The position numbers and the translations under genes were made by a program. A DNA stretch of 64,000 nucleotides from an uncultured Saccharicrinis sp. (GTDB lineage: Bacteria > Bacteroidota > Bacteroidia > Bacteroidales > Marinilabiliaceae), in the NCBI GenBank assembly GCA_963677245.1, contig OY781921.1:900149-964148 (forward strand), read 5' to 3'. Each line of letters begins with the position of its first letter. The first letter of the stretch is position 1. Under the pieces are notes generated by a model. It had not been told where the DNA came from and did no database searches. It saw only the letters and a list, made by a program, of their open reading frames with translations. Shown one piece after another: positions 47,442 to 57,352 of this stretch.

Positions 47442-47978
47442 TTATTTGTCCTTTTTAAGACCTACAACTTCAACCTTGTACAATAATGTTGATCTTCCCG
47501 GAACTTTATTATCGTCACCTACCAAACCATGAGCCCTATGTGGCGGCATAATAAAAGTAGCTTTAGCACCTTCTTTTAAAAACAAAATACCTTCCTCCAA
47601 ACCGGACTCTACTCCACCCTGGCCTACTTTAAATGATTTATATCCTAACGAATCAGACGAATAACAATACGTGCCATCTAATAAAGATACATGAAACGCT
47701 ATTTTGACTACATCTCCTTTTTCAACTTGATCTCCGTCTCCGATTTGGTTGATCTGATACCACAAACCGGTTTCCGTTTCAATCATGTTCATCTCATTAC
47801 GCTCCACATAATCTTTAATAACTAAAGCATCCTGTTCAACCATATATCGATTAACTGATATCAGTTCTTCTTTTGTTACTTTTCGCTTATCTGCTTTTTC
47901 GTTACTTTGTATTTTACACGATACGATAAATACAAACAATAACACTGCAAGACAGAGTGCTGTATTTTTATAATTCAT
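47442..47978 (-). CDS. FKBP-type peptidyl-prolyl cis-trans isomerase (lipoprotein)
   Basis: GLWYQINQIGDGDQVEKGDVVKIAFHVSLLDGT...FKVGQGGVESGLEEGILFLKEGAKATFIMPPHRAHG. I prefer the start at MNYKNTALCLAV. Confidence 0.8.
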   Translation of the reverse strand: MNYKNTALCLAVLLFVFIVSCKIQSNEKADKRKVTKEELISVNRYMVEQDALVIKDYVERNEMNMIETETGLWYQINQIGDGDQVEKGDVVKIAFHVSLLDGTYCYSSDSLGYKSFKVGQGGVESGLEEGILFLKEGAKATFIMPPHRAHGLVGDDNKVPGRSTLLYKVEVVGLKKDK

Positions 47979-48993
47979 TGTTTTTATACTTGTCATAAAA
48001 TTTAGGGAATTCGCTTTCAAATTTATCTATAGTTTCCTGCAAATTAACAAAAGATTCTCCACCAGCAGCATTTCGATGTCCTCCTCCTGAAAAGTTTAAT
48101 TCTGAAAATAGATTAACTGGAAAATCACCTCTCGATCTGAATGAACATTTAACTTTATCATCCTTTTCCATAAAAAAGGCTGAAATATTTATCCCCTCTA
48201 TACTTAAAGGATAATTTACAAACCCCTCTGTATCTCCTGGTTGAAAATGATGCTCTTTTAACTCTTCTTTATCCAACCACATAAAGGCTGCTTCATATTC
48301 TGGTAATAAAAACATTTTTTTACCTAATACATGCCCTAACAACTTCATTCGGTGAAACGAATTACTATGAAATACCAATTGATGTATTCTATCTTTATCA
48401 ATACTCTTCTCCAATAAGCCTGCAACCATACGGTATGTATCCGGATTTGATGAGTTATAGCTTAAGGAACCTGTATCAGTCATTATTCCTGTATAAAAGC
48501 ATTCTGCTGCTTTTTCATCTACATGTGAGTTCCAGTTAAGGTGAAGTAAAACATTATAGGCTAATTCGCATGTTGATGAAGCTGCAGGCACAGATATCAT
48601 TACATCTGCTATATCATCCGGAAATGGGTGATGGTCAATCATCACTTTTTCTGCTTTAGCTTCCAGTATCACACTTTCTAAATCACCAACACGCTTTAAA
48701 CAATTAAAATCAACAAAAATAAGCAGACCTGCTTCTTTAATAGTAAACTTAGCTAATGATTCATCGATACTAAAATCTATTGTATCCTCAGCTCCAGACA
48801 TCCAAGATAAAAATTTAGGAAATGCAGAAGGAGTTACTACTTTAACTATTTTGTTTAATTTCTTTAATACATGATATAATCCCAAAGAAGATCCCATCGC
48901 ATCCCCATCAGGGTTAATGTGTGGTATAATAACCACTTTATCTGTTTGTTGTATTTTTTGTTTTAATATATCCGAAGTGTTTTTATCAATCAT
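47968..48993 (-). CDS. nrnA: DHH/DHHA1 phosphoesterase (oligoribonuclease / pAp phosphatase NrnA-like)
   Basis: HINPDGDAMGSS, MIDHHPF, GGGHRNAAGG. Confidence 0.8.
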   Translation of the reverse strand: MIDKNTSDILKQKIQQTDKVVIIPHINPDGDAMGSSLGLYHVLKKLNKIVKVVTPSAFPKFLSWMSGAEDTIDFSIDESLAKFTIKEAGLLIFVDFNCLKRVGDLESVILEAKAEKVMIDHHPFPDDIADVMISVPAASSTCELAYNVLLHLNWNSHVDEKAAECFYTGIMTDTGSLSYNSSNPDTYRMVAGLLEKSIDKDRIHQLVFHSNSFHRMKLLGHVLGKKMFLLPEYEAAFMWLDKEELKEHHFQPGDTEGFVNYPLSIEGINISAFFMEKDDKVKCSFRSRGDFPVNLFSELNFSGGGHRNAAGGESFVNLQETIDKFESEFPKFYDKYKNNEL

Positions 48994-49189
48994 AATGCAA
49001 TATTAAGATAGCAAAGATAAAGAATTAAAGAGAACCTAATTTTGACTTCAACGAAAATATTCCTAATATTAAAACTAGAGACTTTTCAAGCTCATTAAAT
49101 AAGGATAACGAAACTACTCCTACCTTTTTAAACTAATTTATAAGACCTGATGTTTATTAAGGAAGAAAACTCATTTAAATCAGATAACT

Positions 49190-49609
49190 ATGGCAGGAAA
49201 CAAAACCTTAACTATTATTAAACCTTTTGCAGTAAGAGATGGAAAATTAGGTGCTATTTTGCATAAAATTGAAGAATCAGGATATCGCTTTGCAGCAATA
49301 AAAACGCTAAAACTAGATAAACACGAGGCTGAAGCTTTTTATGCAGAACACAAGGGTAAGCCTTTTTATAATGACCTAACCGACTTTATGTCGTCTGGCC
49401 CCATTACTGCAGCAATACTCGAAAAGGAAAATGCAGTAGACGATTTTCGCTCTTTAATTGGCGCAACCGACCCTAACGATGCCATGGATGGAACGATTAG
49501 AAAAATGTTTGCAACTGACAAAACCCACAATGCCATTCATGGTTCAGATAGTGACGAAAGTGCTGACAGAGAATGTGATTTTTTCTTTAGTAAAAGAGAA
49601 CGTCTATAG
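49190..49609 (+). CDS. ndk: Nucleoside diphosphate kinase
   Basis: LTIIKPFAV and NAIHGSDS (active-site His). Confidence 0.95.
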   Translation: MAGNKTLTIIKPFAVRDGKLGAILHKIEESGYRFAAIKTLKLDKHEAEAFYAEHKGKPFYNDLTDFMSSGPITAAILEKENAVDDFRSLIGATDPNDAMDGTIRKMFATDKTHNAIHGSDSDESADRECDFFFSKRERL

Positions 49610-49627
49610 TGGTTTCAACCAATAAAC

Positions 49628-49651
49628 AAAACGGGTACTGAAACCCGTTTT
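49628..49651. terminator. Bidirectional terminator between convergent ndk and thioesterase genes
   Basis: aaaacgggt / acccgtttt 9-bp stem with a 6-nt loop, flanked by A- and T-tracts. Confidence 0.75.
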
Positions 49652-49653
49652 GA

Positions 49654-50073
49654 TCAATCTTTTAATTCTTTTTTGGCAGCGTTAAGCGCATTTACAATAT
49701 CTTCTGATATCGCAAGTTTCCCATTTATCAAGGTCGTTGTGGTAATAACTCCTTTTAAACAAACTTTTTCATCGGACAACCTAAATATATCCTGATAAAA
49801 TACATACTTGATTCCCTGATGCTCGCATCGAAGACGAACTACAAATTCATCTCCACTTTTAAGCGGCGTTTTATAAGCTAGATCAGCTCTGGCAACTACA
49901 GCCATTACTCCTTTATCAAATAATTCCTTAAAATTTAAACCTATTTCTTCAAGAAACTCATGACGGGTGTGTTCTAAATAATTTTGATAAACTGAATTAT
50001 TTACGACTCCTTGCAAATCACATTCATAATCGCGCACCTTAAATTTTAATTCGTAATCATATTCTGCCATCAT
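49654..50073 (-). CDS. Acyl-CoA thioesterase, hotdog fold (YbgC/4HBT type)
   Basis: KVRDYECDLQGVVNNSVYQNYLEHTRHEFL is the typical 4HBT N-terminus with a catalytic Asp. Confidence 0.8.
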   Translation of the reverse strand: MMAEYDYELKFKVRDYECDLQGVVNNSVYQNYLEHTRHEFLEEIGLNFKELFDKGVMAVVARADLAYKTPLKSGDEFVVRLRCEHQGIKYVFYQDIFRLSDEKVCLKGVITTTTLINGKLAISEDIVNALNAAKKELKD

Positions 50074-50087
50074 TTATCTCTTTATGT

Positions 50088-51122
50088 TTAAATCAATTCT
50101 ATTTTTTCTTTTATCAGCTCAACAAATTCATCAATGTCCTTTTCCTGGGTATCAAATGAGGTCATCCATCTAACCTCGTTTCGCTCTTCATTCCAAACAT
50201 AAAAGAAAAACTCCTTTTGTAAAGGTTCTATTATTGAGCGAGGAACGATTGCAAACACACCATTACTTTCCACCTTCTGGGTAATTTTCACCCCTGGTAT
50301 TTCTTCTAGTTTATTTGCTAACAATTTGGCCATTTTATTGGCATGAATAGCATTTTCTCTCCATAAATTATTTTTTAATAACTCTTCAAATTGTGCTGCA
50401 ATAAATCGCATTTTAGAATGCAACTGTGCACTTTGCTTTCTAATATATTTAACTCCTTTGGTTTCCTGATTAAAAAACAATACAGCCTCGCCAAACATCA
50501 ATCCATTTTTAGTCCCTCCAAAACTTAAAACATCAACGCCAACATTAACGGTAATATCCTTCAATGAACATCCTAAAGCAGCTGCTGCATTTGCTATTCG
50601 CGCTCCATCCATATGGAGATACATATTATTCGCATGAGCAAAATCCGAGATGTCTTTGATTTCTTCTGTAGAATAAATCGTTCCTAATTCTGTTGCCTGT
50701 GTAATACTTATTAATATGGGTTGCGAGTGATGTTGAAATCCTATCCCATGCATATGCTGCTTAATATCATTAACAGTTAATTTTCCATCCTTCGTTTTTA
50801 CGGATAGTATTTTACAACCAGCATGTTTTTCCGGTGCTCCGCATTCATCCACATTTATATGGGCTGTTTCTGGACAAATTACAGCATGATATGACCTTGC
50901 CAGCGCTTGTATAGCAATAACATTTGCTCCTGTTCCATTGTATGAAAAATATACATCAGTACCAGTCCCAAACTCTTCTTTAAAGAGCTGAATAGTTTTT
51001 TGCGTAATATCATCGTCTCCATAGCCTACTGCATGTCCCACATTTGCGCTTTCTAAAGCACGAAATATCTTAGGATGTACTCCCGAATTATTATCACTCG
51101 CAAAACCTCTTAATTTTGACAT
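50088..51122 (-). CDS. ltaE: Low-specificity L-threonine aldolase (beta-eliminating lyase family)
   Basis: FASDNNSGVHP and FGGTKNG (PLP lysine). Confidence 0.8.
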   Translation of the reverse strand: MSKLRGFASDNNSGVHPKIFRALESANVGHAVGYGDDDITQKTIQLFKEEFGTGTDVYFSYNGTGANVIAIQALARSYHAVICPETAHINVDECGAPEKHAGCKILSVKTKDGKLTVNDIKQHMHGIGFQHHSQPILISITQATELGTIYSTEEIKDISDFAHANNMYLHMDGARIANAAAALGCSLKDITVNVGVDVLSFGGTKNGLMFGEAVLFFNQETKGVKYIRKQSAQLHSKMRFIAAQFEELLKNNLWRENAIHANKMAKLLANKLEEIPGVKITQKVESNGVFAIVPRSIIEPLQKEFFFYVWNEERNEVRWMTSFDTQEKDIDEFVELIKEKIELI

Positions 51123-51216
51123 ATTATATTTTTTGAGCTCCGAATTTGCAAAGAATAATTAAACAAAAAAAGCTGAATCAAAATGAAACAGCTTTAAATC
51201 CGAATTATATAAGTTT

Positions 51217-51768
51217 TTAATTTTTTCCTTCTATCCATTTAATTATTTCTTCGCTATCGGGACTTGTTTGGGGCGAAATTACCTTAACTAGTTTCCCGTT
51301 TTCATCAATTAAATACTTTTGAAAATTCCATTTTACAGAACTATCCTCAAAACCATTTTTCTCTTTCTGAGTTAACCATTGATAAACAGGAGTCTGATCT
51401 TCTCCTTTTACTGAAATCTTTGCCATCATAGGAAAAGTTACGCCATAATTTAATGTGCAAAATTCCAATATCTCAGCATTAGTCCCTGGTTCCTGCTTTA
51501 AGAAGTTATTCGCTGGAAATCCAATAATTATAAAATTGTCATTTCCATATTTCTTATAAACTTCCTCCAACTTTTCGTATTGTTTTGTTAATCCACATTT
51601 GGAAGCAGTATTGACAATCATTACTTTTTTTCCTTTTAACTTTTCAAAAGAAAAATCTTTTCCCTCAATTGTTTTTACTTTAAAATCATAAAAAGAAGAT
51701 TGTGCATAAACAGACAATCCAGCAATACAAAAAAGGAAATAAAAGGTGATTCTTTTTATAGCAAGCAT
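51217..51768 (-). CDS. Glutathione peroxidase (Cys type) with a signal peptide
   Basis: VNTASKCGLTKQY, FPANNF, WNFQKYL. Confidence 0.9.
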   Translation of the reverse strand: MLAIKRITFYFLFCIAGLSVYAQSSFYDFKVKTIEGKDFSFEKLKGKKVMIVNTASKCGLTKQYEKLEEVYKKYGNDNFIIIGFPANNFLKQEPGTNAEILEFCTLNYGVTFPMMAKISVKGEDQTPVYQWLTQKEKNGFEDSSVKWNFQKYLIDENGKLVKVISPQTSPDSEEIIKWIEGKN

Positions 51769-51836
51769 ATTTTCATTTTTTTAAGATTAGTAGTTAATTA
51801 ACATCTGCAAAAACATAAAGTTTAATTTTTTCCACG

Positions 51837-52274
51837 TTAATCTAATTTTAAGATCTCGTTCATCAGTTGCACTGAAGAACTCACAAAAGCGGGACATTTA
51901 GTTTCAAATATGCCACTTTCTGCTGCTTTTTGTTTTTCATTTGGATCTGAAATATCAATTCCAATTAATTCTTTACAAATGGTTGTTCCATGCTTTTCTT
52001 TAAAAACAGATAAAAACCTGTTAGCTTTTTCATAAAGCTCTTGCTTCTTTTCCGGTATATCCTGATTGTAGCCTTGCTGTATTCCAAGTGCCATAAGTGC
52101 ACCCGTTACTGCACCACGAGTATTTCCCTGCTGAGCCATTCCTCCTCCAAATGGAGAAGCTATTAGCTGCAATGTAGATTCATCTATAAAATTTGGCGCT
52201 AGAGCTATTAAACTAGCCTGAGCACAATTACATCCATTGTGAAACTTTTCCAATGCAAACTCTTGATTATTCAT
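51837..52274 (-). CDS. C_GCAxxG_C_C-family protein
   Basis: GCNCAQASLIAL, TICKELIG, KCPAFV spacing. Confidence 0.6.
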   Translation of the reverse strand: MNNQEFALEKFHNGCNCAQASLIALAPNFIDESTLQLIASPFGGGMAQQGNTRGAVTGALMALGIQQGYNQDIPEKKQELYEKANRFLSVFKEKHGTTICKELIGIDISDPNEKQKAAESGIFETKCPAFVSSSVQLMNEILKLD

Positions 52275-52348
52275 ATTTCAAAGCATTTAAATAAAAAAAG
52301 GAACCCTAATACAGGATTCCTTAAATATATTTAAAATCTAGGAATGTT

Positions 52349-53326
52349 CTACTCCATACATTCAGTAATACTTTCCGCTCTGGCTACAACTGCTTTATAT
52401 TCCTCAGCAGTTAAATCATTAAAGAAGTAATTAACCGGGTCTACTTCCTTATTATTTAAATGAACCTCATAATGAAGATGTGGTCCTGCCGATAAACCTG
52501 TGTTACCAACCAGCCCTATTAATTCTCCTCGCTTAACCTTTGCTCCTCTTTTTGTCTTAAACTTACTCAAATGTGCATATAAACTCGTAATTCCATGCCC
52601 ATGATCAATCTCAACAACTTGACCAAAGCTATCAGACCTACGAACACTTACCACCTGTCCATCAGCTGATGCAAATACTTCTGTACCTTTGGGTGCAATA
52701 AAATCTATACCTTCATGTTGTCTCCATCTTTTCAATATTGGATGAAATCTGCGTGGAGAAAAACCTGAACCTATTCTGGTTAAATCCCAATTAGCAATAG
52801 GAATAATGGCTGGTAAATGTTGTAAGCGATCTTGATTTGCAACTGTTTTTTTAAATAACTCCTTATAAGACCCCTGCTGCACATTCATTTTAGCAACCAA
52901 GGCATCAAGTTGTTTATATGAGTTTATGATATCTTCAGGTGTATGCATTTTTATAAGCTCACTATACTTATCGCTACCTCCGGTACCGGCTTGTCTTAAT
53001 GATGGAGCCAAAGCCTCTTCTCCAAGCATAACTCTATATAGACTATCGTCTAACTCCACAAGTGATTGTAAAGTATTATTCGCATCTATAATTTTATTAT
53101 TAAGGATTACATGATTTTTTTCCATCACCCTTAATTTTTCTGCTTGCATTTTCTCTCTGGGAGTAGCATATACATTACTAAATGCTATAAAAACATAAAC
53201 TGCTGCACCTAATAATGCGCCAGTTCCGATATATGGCAATAATTTTTTGGCTCTGTCCTTAAATGAAACCTCAACTGGTATATAAGTTAACGATTCCGGA
53301 TCAAAAATGTATTTATTGTTAGCCAT
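52349..53326 (-). CDS. M23 family metallopeptidase (membrane anchored, coiled coil)
   Basis: HEGIDF, GNTGLSAGPHLHYEV. Confidence 0.9.
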   Translation of the reverse strand: MANNKYIFDPESLTYIPVEVSFKDRAKKLLPYIGTGALLGAAVYVFIAFSNVYATPREKMQAEKLRVMEKNHVILNNKIIDANNTLQSLVELDDSLYRVMLGEEALAPSLRQAGTGGSDKYSELIKMHTPEDIINSYKQLDALVAKMNVQQGSYKELFKKTVANQDRLQHLPAIIPIANWDLTRIGSGFSPRRFHPILKRWRQHEGIDFIAPKGTEVFASADGQVVSVRRSDSFGQVVEIDHGHGITSLYAHLSKFKTKRGAKVKRGELIGLVGNTGLSAGPHLHYEVHLNNKEVDPVNYFFNDLTAEEYKAVVARAESITECME

Positions 53327-53728
53327 GGTATATTTAATTATAATTCTAGTCCTATTTAAGTATTTTTCAACAGCATATTATTATAACTAAGAATCTTTCA
53401 ATCTAACAAAATGAATTTCTTTTAAATAATAATTTACTGAATACCTTTGTATAAAGCTTAATTCTATTACGGCACATAACATAAATTGTTACAAGACAGT
53501 CCACAAAAACAACTTCACCAACTCATTATCAATACAATATCAACTATTACCAAACAGAATTAAATAAAAAAACATGTGATCTAGCAGAACTAATAATCAC
53601 ATTATTTTAATTGTTGACCACAAAAATAAAAGTATTTATCAATTATACTAACATACTGGAGAAATAAACTTGAGAGACAAACTTATCATATTTATTTTCC
53701 TAAAATAGGTAAAAGCAAAATAGAAATA

Positions 53729-54211
53729 TTAACCATTTAAAGTCTTCTGCCAGAAATACATTGGTGGATCACAATCTACAAATCCACATTTTTTATATAG
53801 ACGTTGTGCCTTTTCGTTATCGTTTCTTACTTCTAATGTTACTTTACAAAAACCATTTTGCTCACCATACATTGCAATAGCATCTAACATAGCTTTTCCC
53901 GCACCTATTTTTCTATGTAAAGGAGTAACAATAAAATCATGAATATTGATTAACGGTTTAGCTTTAAAGGTAGAAAATGCCCTAAAACAATTAGCTAATG
54001 ACACATATTCTCCTTGATATTTGAGCAAAAAACCCAGATAATTATTCTGCTCTTTCAAACCTTTAATAATCTTTTCTCCTAAATTTATAGAAAGCGGAGC
54101 ATTCATTCCCATATCATCCATCATGTAATCATTCATCAAAGACAATAATGCTTCTCTATGATTTTTAATACTTAAGTCTACTTGTTCAAATTGAAATTCT
54201 TCAGTTACCAT
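53729..54211 (-). CDS. GNAT family N-acetyltransferase
   Basis: HRKIGAGKAML (Q/RxxGxG/A motif) and a 160-aa GNAT layout. Confidence 0.8.
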   Translation of the reverse strand: MVTEEFQFEQVDLSIKNHREALLSLMNDYMMDDMGMNAPLSINLGEKIIKGLKEQNNYLGFLLKYQGEYVSLANCFRAFSTFKAKPLINIHDFIVTPLHRKIGAGKAMLDAIAMYGEQNGFCKVTLEVRNDNEKAQRLYKKCGFVDCDPPMYFWQKTLNG

Positions 54212-55062
54212 TTTAAACCATCCTTGTTAAATTCAATATCTTGCCAAAGTCCGTTTTTATATTCCCTCATAGTCCTATACCCTGCTTCATATAGTTTTTC
54301 AGCTACATAACTATAACCGACTTCTAGTTTGTTAGCAAAGTGTGCATCACTATTTATAGTTACCGGGATACTTCTCTTAAACAATAAAGGGAACATCTCT
54401 ACTCCAGGAAATAGCAGTCCATTTTTTTCGTATGATTTAGTATTAATTTCTACAATCACACCTTTATCCTTAATTAAATCCAATGTTTTCTCAACTTCTT
54501 CTATATACCATGCCTCATTCTCTTTAAACAAAGGTTTATCAACATTATGCATTTTAATTTTATCGAAATGTCCTATGATATCAATATCTTGTGTTGAAAT
54601 CATCTCTCGGTTTAACTGATAAAAACGCTTCACTGCAGCGACAATATCTCCATTAAAAATTTCTTCCAGACCTCTCTTAAAATCCTGGACATTGCCATCA
54701 ATATTCCAAGGTTCTCCGCCATTGAAATGATCTACAAAATGAATAGAACCAATTATATAATCCAGAGAAACCTTATTAATGAGTGGCGAATTTGTACCTG
54801 TAACATTTGGTATATAATCAATTTCTAATGAGGTAAGAACCTCAATCTTATTTGAATATTTATTCCTACAATTCTTTATGTCCTTTATATATTCCTCCAG
54901 ACTTTCCGGCTTCATTGTCCAAAAACAATCAAAAGGGACAGGTGCATGTGACGATATTCCAATCACCGGCATATTATTAGAGATAGCTTGAAGTATATAA
55001 TCTTCTATTTCCCCATTTCCATCACAATATTTACAATGTCCGTGATAGTTAGTCCAACTCAT
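54205..55062 (-). CDS. PHP-domain histidinol-phosphatase (HisJ/HisK family)
   Basis: NYHGHCKYCDG N-terminus, internal GSIHF and SDAH motifs. Confidence 0.7.
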   Translation of the reverse strand: MSWTNYHGHCKYCDGNGEIEDYILQAISNNMPVIGISSHAPVPFDCFWTMKPESLEEYIKDIKNCRNKYSNKIEVLTSLEIDYIPNVTGTNSPLINKVSLDYIIGSIHFVDHFNGGEPWNIDGNVQDFKRGLEEIFNGDIVAAVKRFYQLNREMISTQDIDIIGHFDKIKMHNVDKPLFKENEAWYIEEVEKTLDLIKDKGVIVEINTKSYEKNGLLFPGVEMFPLLFKRSIPVTINSDAHFANKLEVGYSYVAEKLYEAGYRTMREYKNGLWQDIEFNKDGLKW

Positions 55063-55263
55063 ACAATCTTAAAATTTATAATTTGATTTAAAAATCAGTT
55101 AATTTTATTCAATTTCAAACTCAAACTCCAATTAATCTTAAAAATTTAATTTTAAAAACCTTTATCTCTACCTTTTTTGTAATTAATTAAAAAACTTAAA
55201 GTATTAGAAGGATAAATCACTTTACAATGCTTAAATTTGCGCTCGTTTTTACAAAATAGAAAT

Positions 55264-56841
55264 ATGGGCTTTATAGAAGAGATTCAGCGAAGAAGAACAT
55301 TTGCCATTATTAGTCACCCTGATGCCGGTAAAACTACATTAACTGAAAAGTTATTACTTTTTGGAGGAGCTATTCATGTAGCAGGTGCTGTTAAATCCAA
55401 TAAAATCAAAAAAACAGCTACTTCCGATTTCATGGAAATTGAGAAGCAAAGAGGTATTTCGGTAGCAACATCTGTAATGGGATTTGAATATAAAGACCAT
55501 AAGATAAACATTTTGGATACTCCCGGTCACCAGGATTTTGCTGAAGACACTTTTAGAACATTAACTGCTGTTGATAGTGTAATTATTGTAGTTGATGCAG
55601 CAAAAGGGGTTGAGAATCAAACCAGAAAATTAATGGAGGTTTGTAGAATGCGCAATACGCCCGTAATGGTTTTTGTAAATAAAATGGATAGACCAAGTAA
55701 AGATCCATTTGACCTTCTTGATGAACTCGAAGAAGAACTCAAAATTAACGTAAGACCTTTAAGTTGGCCTATTGGAAATGGACCTTCTTTTCAAGGTGTT
55801 TACAACGTATTTGAGCAAAACCTCAATCTTTTTGAGGCCAGCAAACAAACAGTTCAGGAGAGTATTGCCTTTGACGATATAAGTAATCCCGAATTAGAAA
55901 ATATTATTGGAGACCAACCTGCTGATGTACTTCGCGAAGAGCTTGAATTGGTTGAGGGTGTTTATCCTGAATTTGAAATTGAAGATTATTTAAAAGGAGA
56001 ATTAGCTCCTGTATTTTTTGGTAGTGCTTTAAATAACTTTGGAGTTAATGAATTACTAAACTGCTTTATTCAAATCGCGCCTAACCCACAACCTTCAACT
56101 ACTGTTGAGCGTGTTATAAAACCTGAAGAAAATAAATTTACAGGCTTCATTTTTAAGATTCATGCCAATATGGATCCTAATCACAGAAATCGTATTGCCT
56201 TTGTGAAGATATGCTCCGGTAAATTTGAAAGAAATAAGAATTACCATCATGTTCGCCAAGGTAAAAACTTAAAATTTTCGAGCCCTACAGCTTTTATGGC
56301 TGAAAAAAAGTCAATTATTGACGAAGCTTTCCCAGGAGATATTGTAGGTTTACCGGATTCTGGAAACTTTATTATTGGAGATACGCTTACCGAAGGAGAA
56401 AAAGTTAATTTTAAGGGATTACCGAGCTTTTCTCCTGAATTATTCCGATATATAGAAAATGCCGATCCAATGAAATCTAAACAGTTGGCAAAAGGTATTG
56501 ATCAATTAATGGACGAAGGTGTTGCGCAACTTTTTACCAGTCAGTTTAATGGTAGAAAAATAATTGGAACTGTTGGTGCACTTCAGTTTGAAGTGATTGA
56601 ACACCGTTTGCAACATGAGTACAATGCCAAGTGTAGATACGAACCCATAAGCCTATATAAAGCTTGCTGGATACGTTCTGAAAATGAAGCTCAGTTAGCC
56701 GATTTTAAAAAGCGCAAAAACCAGTATATGGCAAAAGATAAACAAGGAAGAGATGTATTTTTAGCTGATTCGTCATATATGCTGCAATTGGCACAGCAGA
56801 ATTTCGAGGATATAGAATTTCACTTCACCAGTGAGTTTTAA
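55264..56841 (+). CDS. prfC: Peptide chain release factor 3
   Basis: [28 protein letters not shown]. The track start is upstream of the conserved N-terminus, and the ATG is at 55264. Confidence 0.95.
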   Translation: MGFIEEIQRRRTFAIISHPDAGKTTLTEKLLLFGGAIHVAGAVKSNKIKKTATSDFMEIEKQRGISVATSVMGFEYKDHKINILDTPGHQDFAEDTFRTLTAVDSVIIVVDAAKGVENQTRKLMEVCRMRNTPVMVFVNKMDRPSKDPFDLLDELEEELKINVRPLSWPIGNGPSFQGVYNVFEQNLNLFEASKQTVQESIAFDDISNPELENIIGDQPADVLREELELVEGVYPEFEIEDYLKGELAPVFFGSALNNFGVNELLNCFIQIAPNPQPSTTVERVIKPEENKFTGFIFKIHANMDPNHRNRIAFVKICSGKFERNKNYHHVRQGKNLKFSSPTAFMAEKKSIIDEAFPGDIVGLPDSGNFIIGDTLTEGEKVNFKGLPSFSPELFRYIENADPMKSKQLAKGIDQLMDEGVAQLFTSQFNGRKIIGTVGALQFEVIEHRLQHEYNAKCRYEPISLYKACWIRSENEAQLADFKKRKNQYMAKDKQGRDVFLADSSYMLQLAQQNFEDIEFHFTSEF

Positions 56842-56974
56842 CTTTTTACCAGTATATTTTTTAAACATTCGATTAATAGTTTCAGGTAAACAAATTGTAA
56901 AATAATTGTATTATCACTAACTTTTTTTGAAATTTTAGGTAAAAGTAATTACCTGAATCTCAAAACACACACAT

Positions 56975-57349
56975 ATGGATAGTGATTTAAAACCTGGTTT
57001 ACACCATTCCGAAAAATTTGTAATTACAGAATCTGATTTAGCATCTAAGCAGAAAACTGGGGATGTAGCATACGCTTCTACTCCCAGTTTAATAGTATAT
57101 ATGGAGAAGGTTGTTTGCGGAATGATACATTCTCACATCAATGACTCTTCTACATCTGTAAGTGCTGAAATCAATATAAAACATTTAATTCCAATACCTG
57201 AGGGCACTGAAATAACAAGTTCTGTACATTTAAAATTTGCAGAAAACAACAAGTTATTTTTTGATTTTGCTATTTTCAATAACAAGGAAGATATTATTGC
57301 AATTGGTGCACACGAAAGAATAATTGTTCCTAAAGACGTTTTTGAATAA
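56975..57349 (+). CDS. Hotdog-fold thioesterase-like protein
   Basis: 124 aa with a pattern similar to small FlK/PaaI-like thioesterases (VYASTPSLIVYMEKV). Confidence 0.45.
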   Translation: MDSDLKPGLHHSEKFVITESDLASKQKTGDVAYASTPSLIVYMEKVVCGMIHSHINDSSTSVSAEINIKHLIPIPEGTEITSSVHLKFAENNKLFFDFAIFNNKEDIIAIGAHERIIVPKDVFE

Positions 57350-57352
57350 GCT

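Noticed and set aside
51217-51768. A possible selenocysteine-containing glutathione peroxidase.
   Set aside because: The active site is encoded as Cys (ASKCG). There is no in-frame TGA and no SECIS-like hairpin.
53563-53602. A possible terminator hairpin (atgtgat/atcacat) downstream of the GNAT gene.
   Set aside because: It has only 7 AT-rich base pairs and a 15-nt loop, which is too weak to call as a feature.
54205-55062. The PHP-domain protein as the missing CpsB-like phosphatase for Wzc.
   Set aside because: It lies 16 kb from the locus, is operonic with a GNAT gene, and its N-terminus looks like HisJ-type histidinol-phosphatase. No link is supported.
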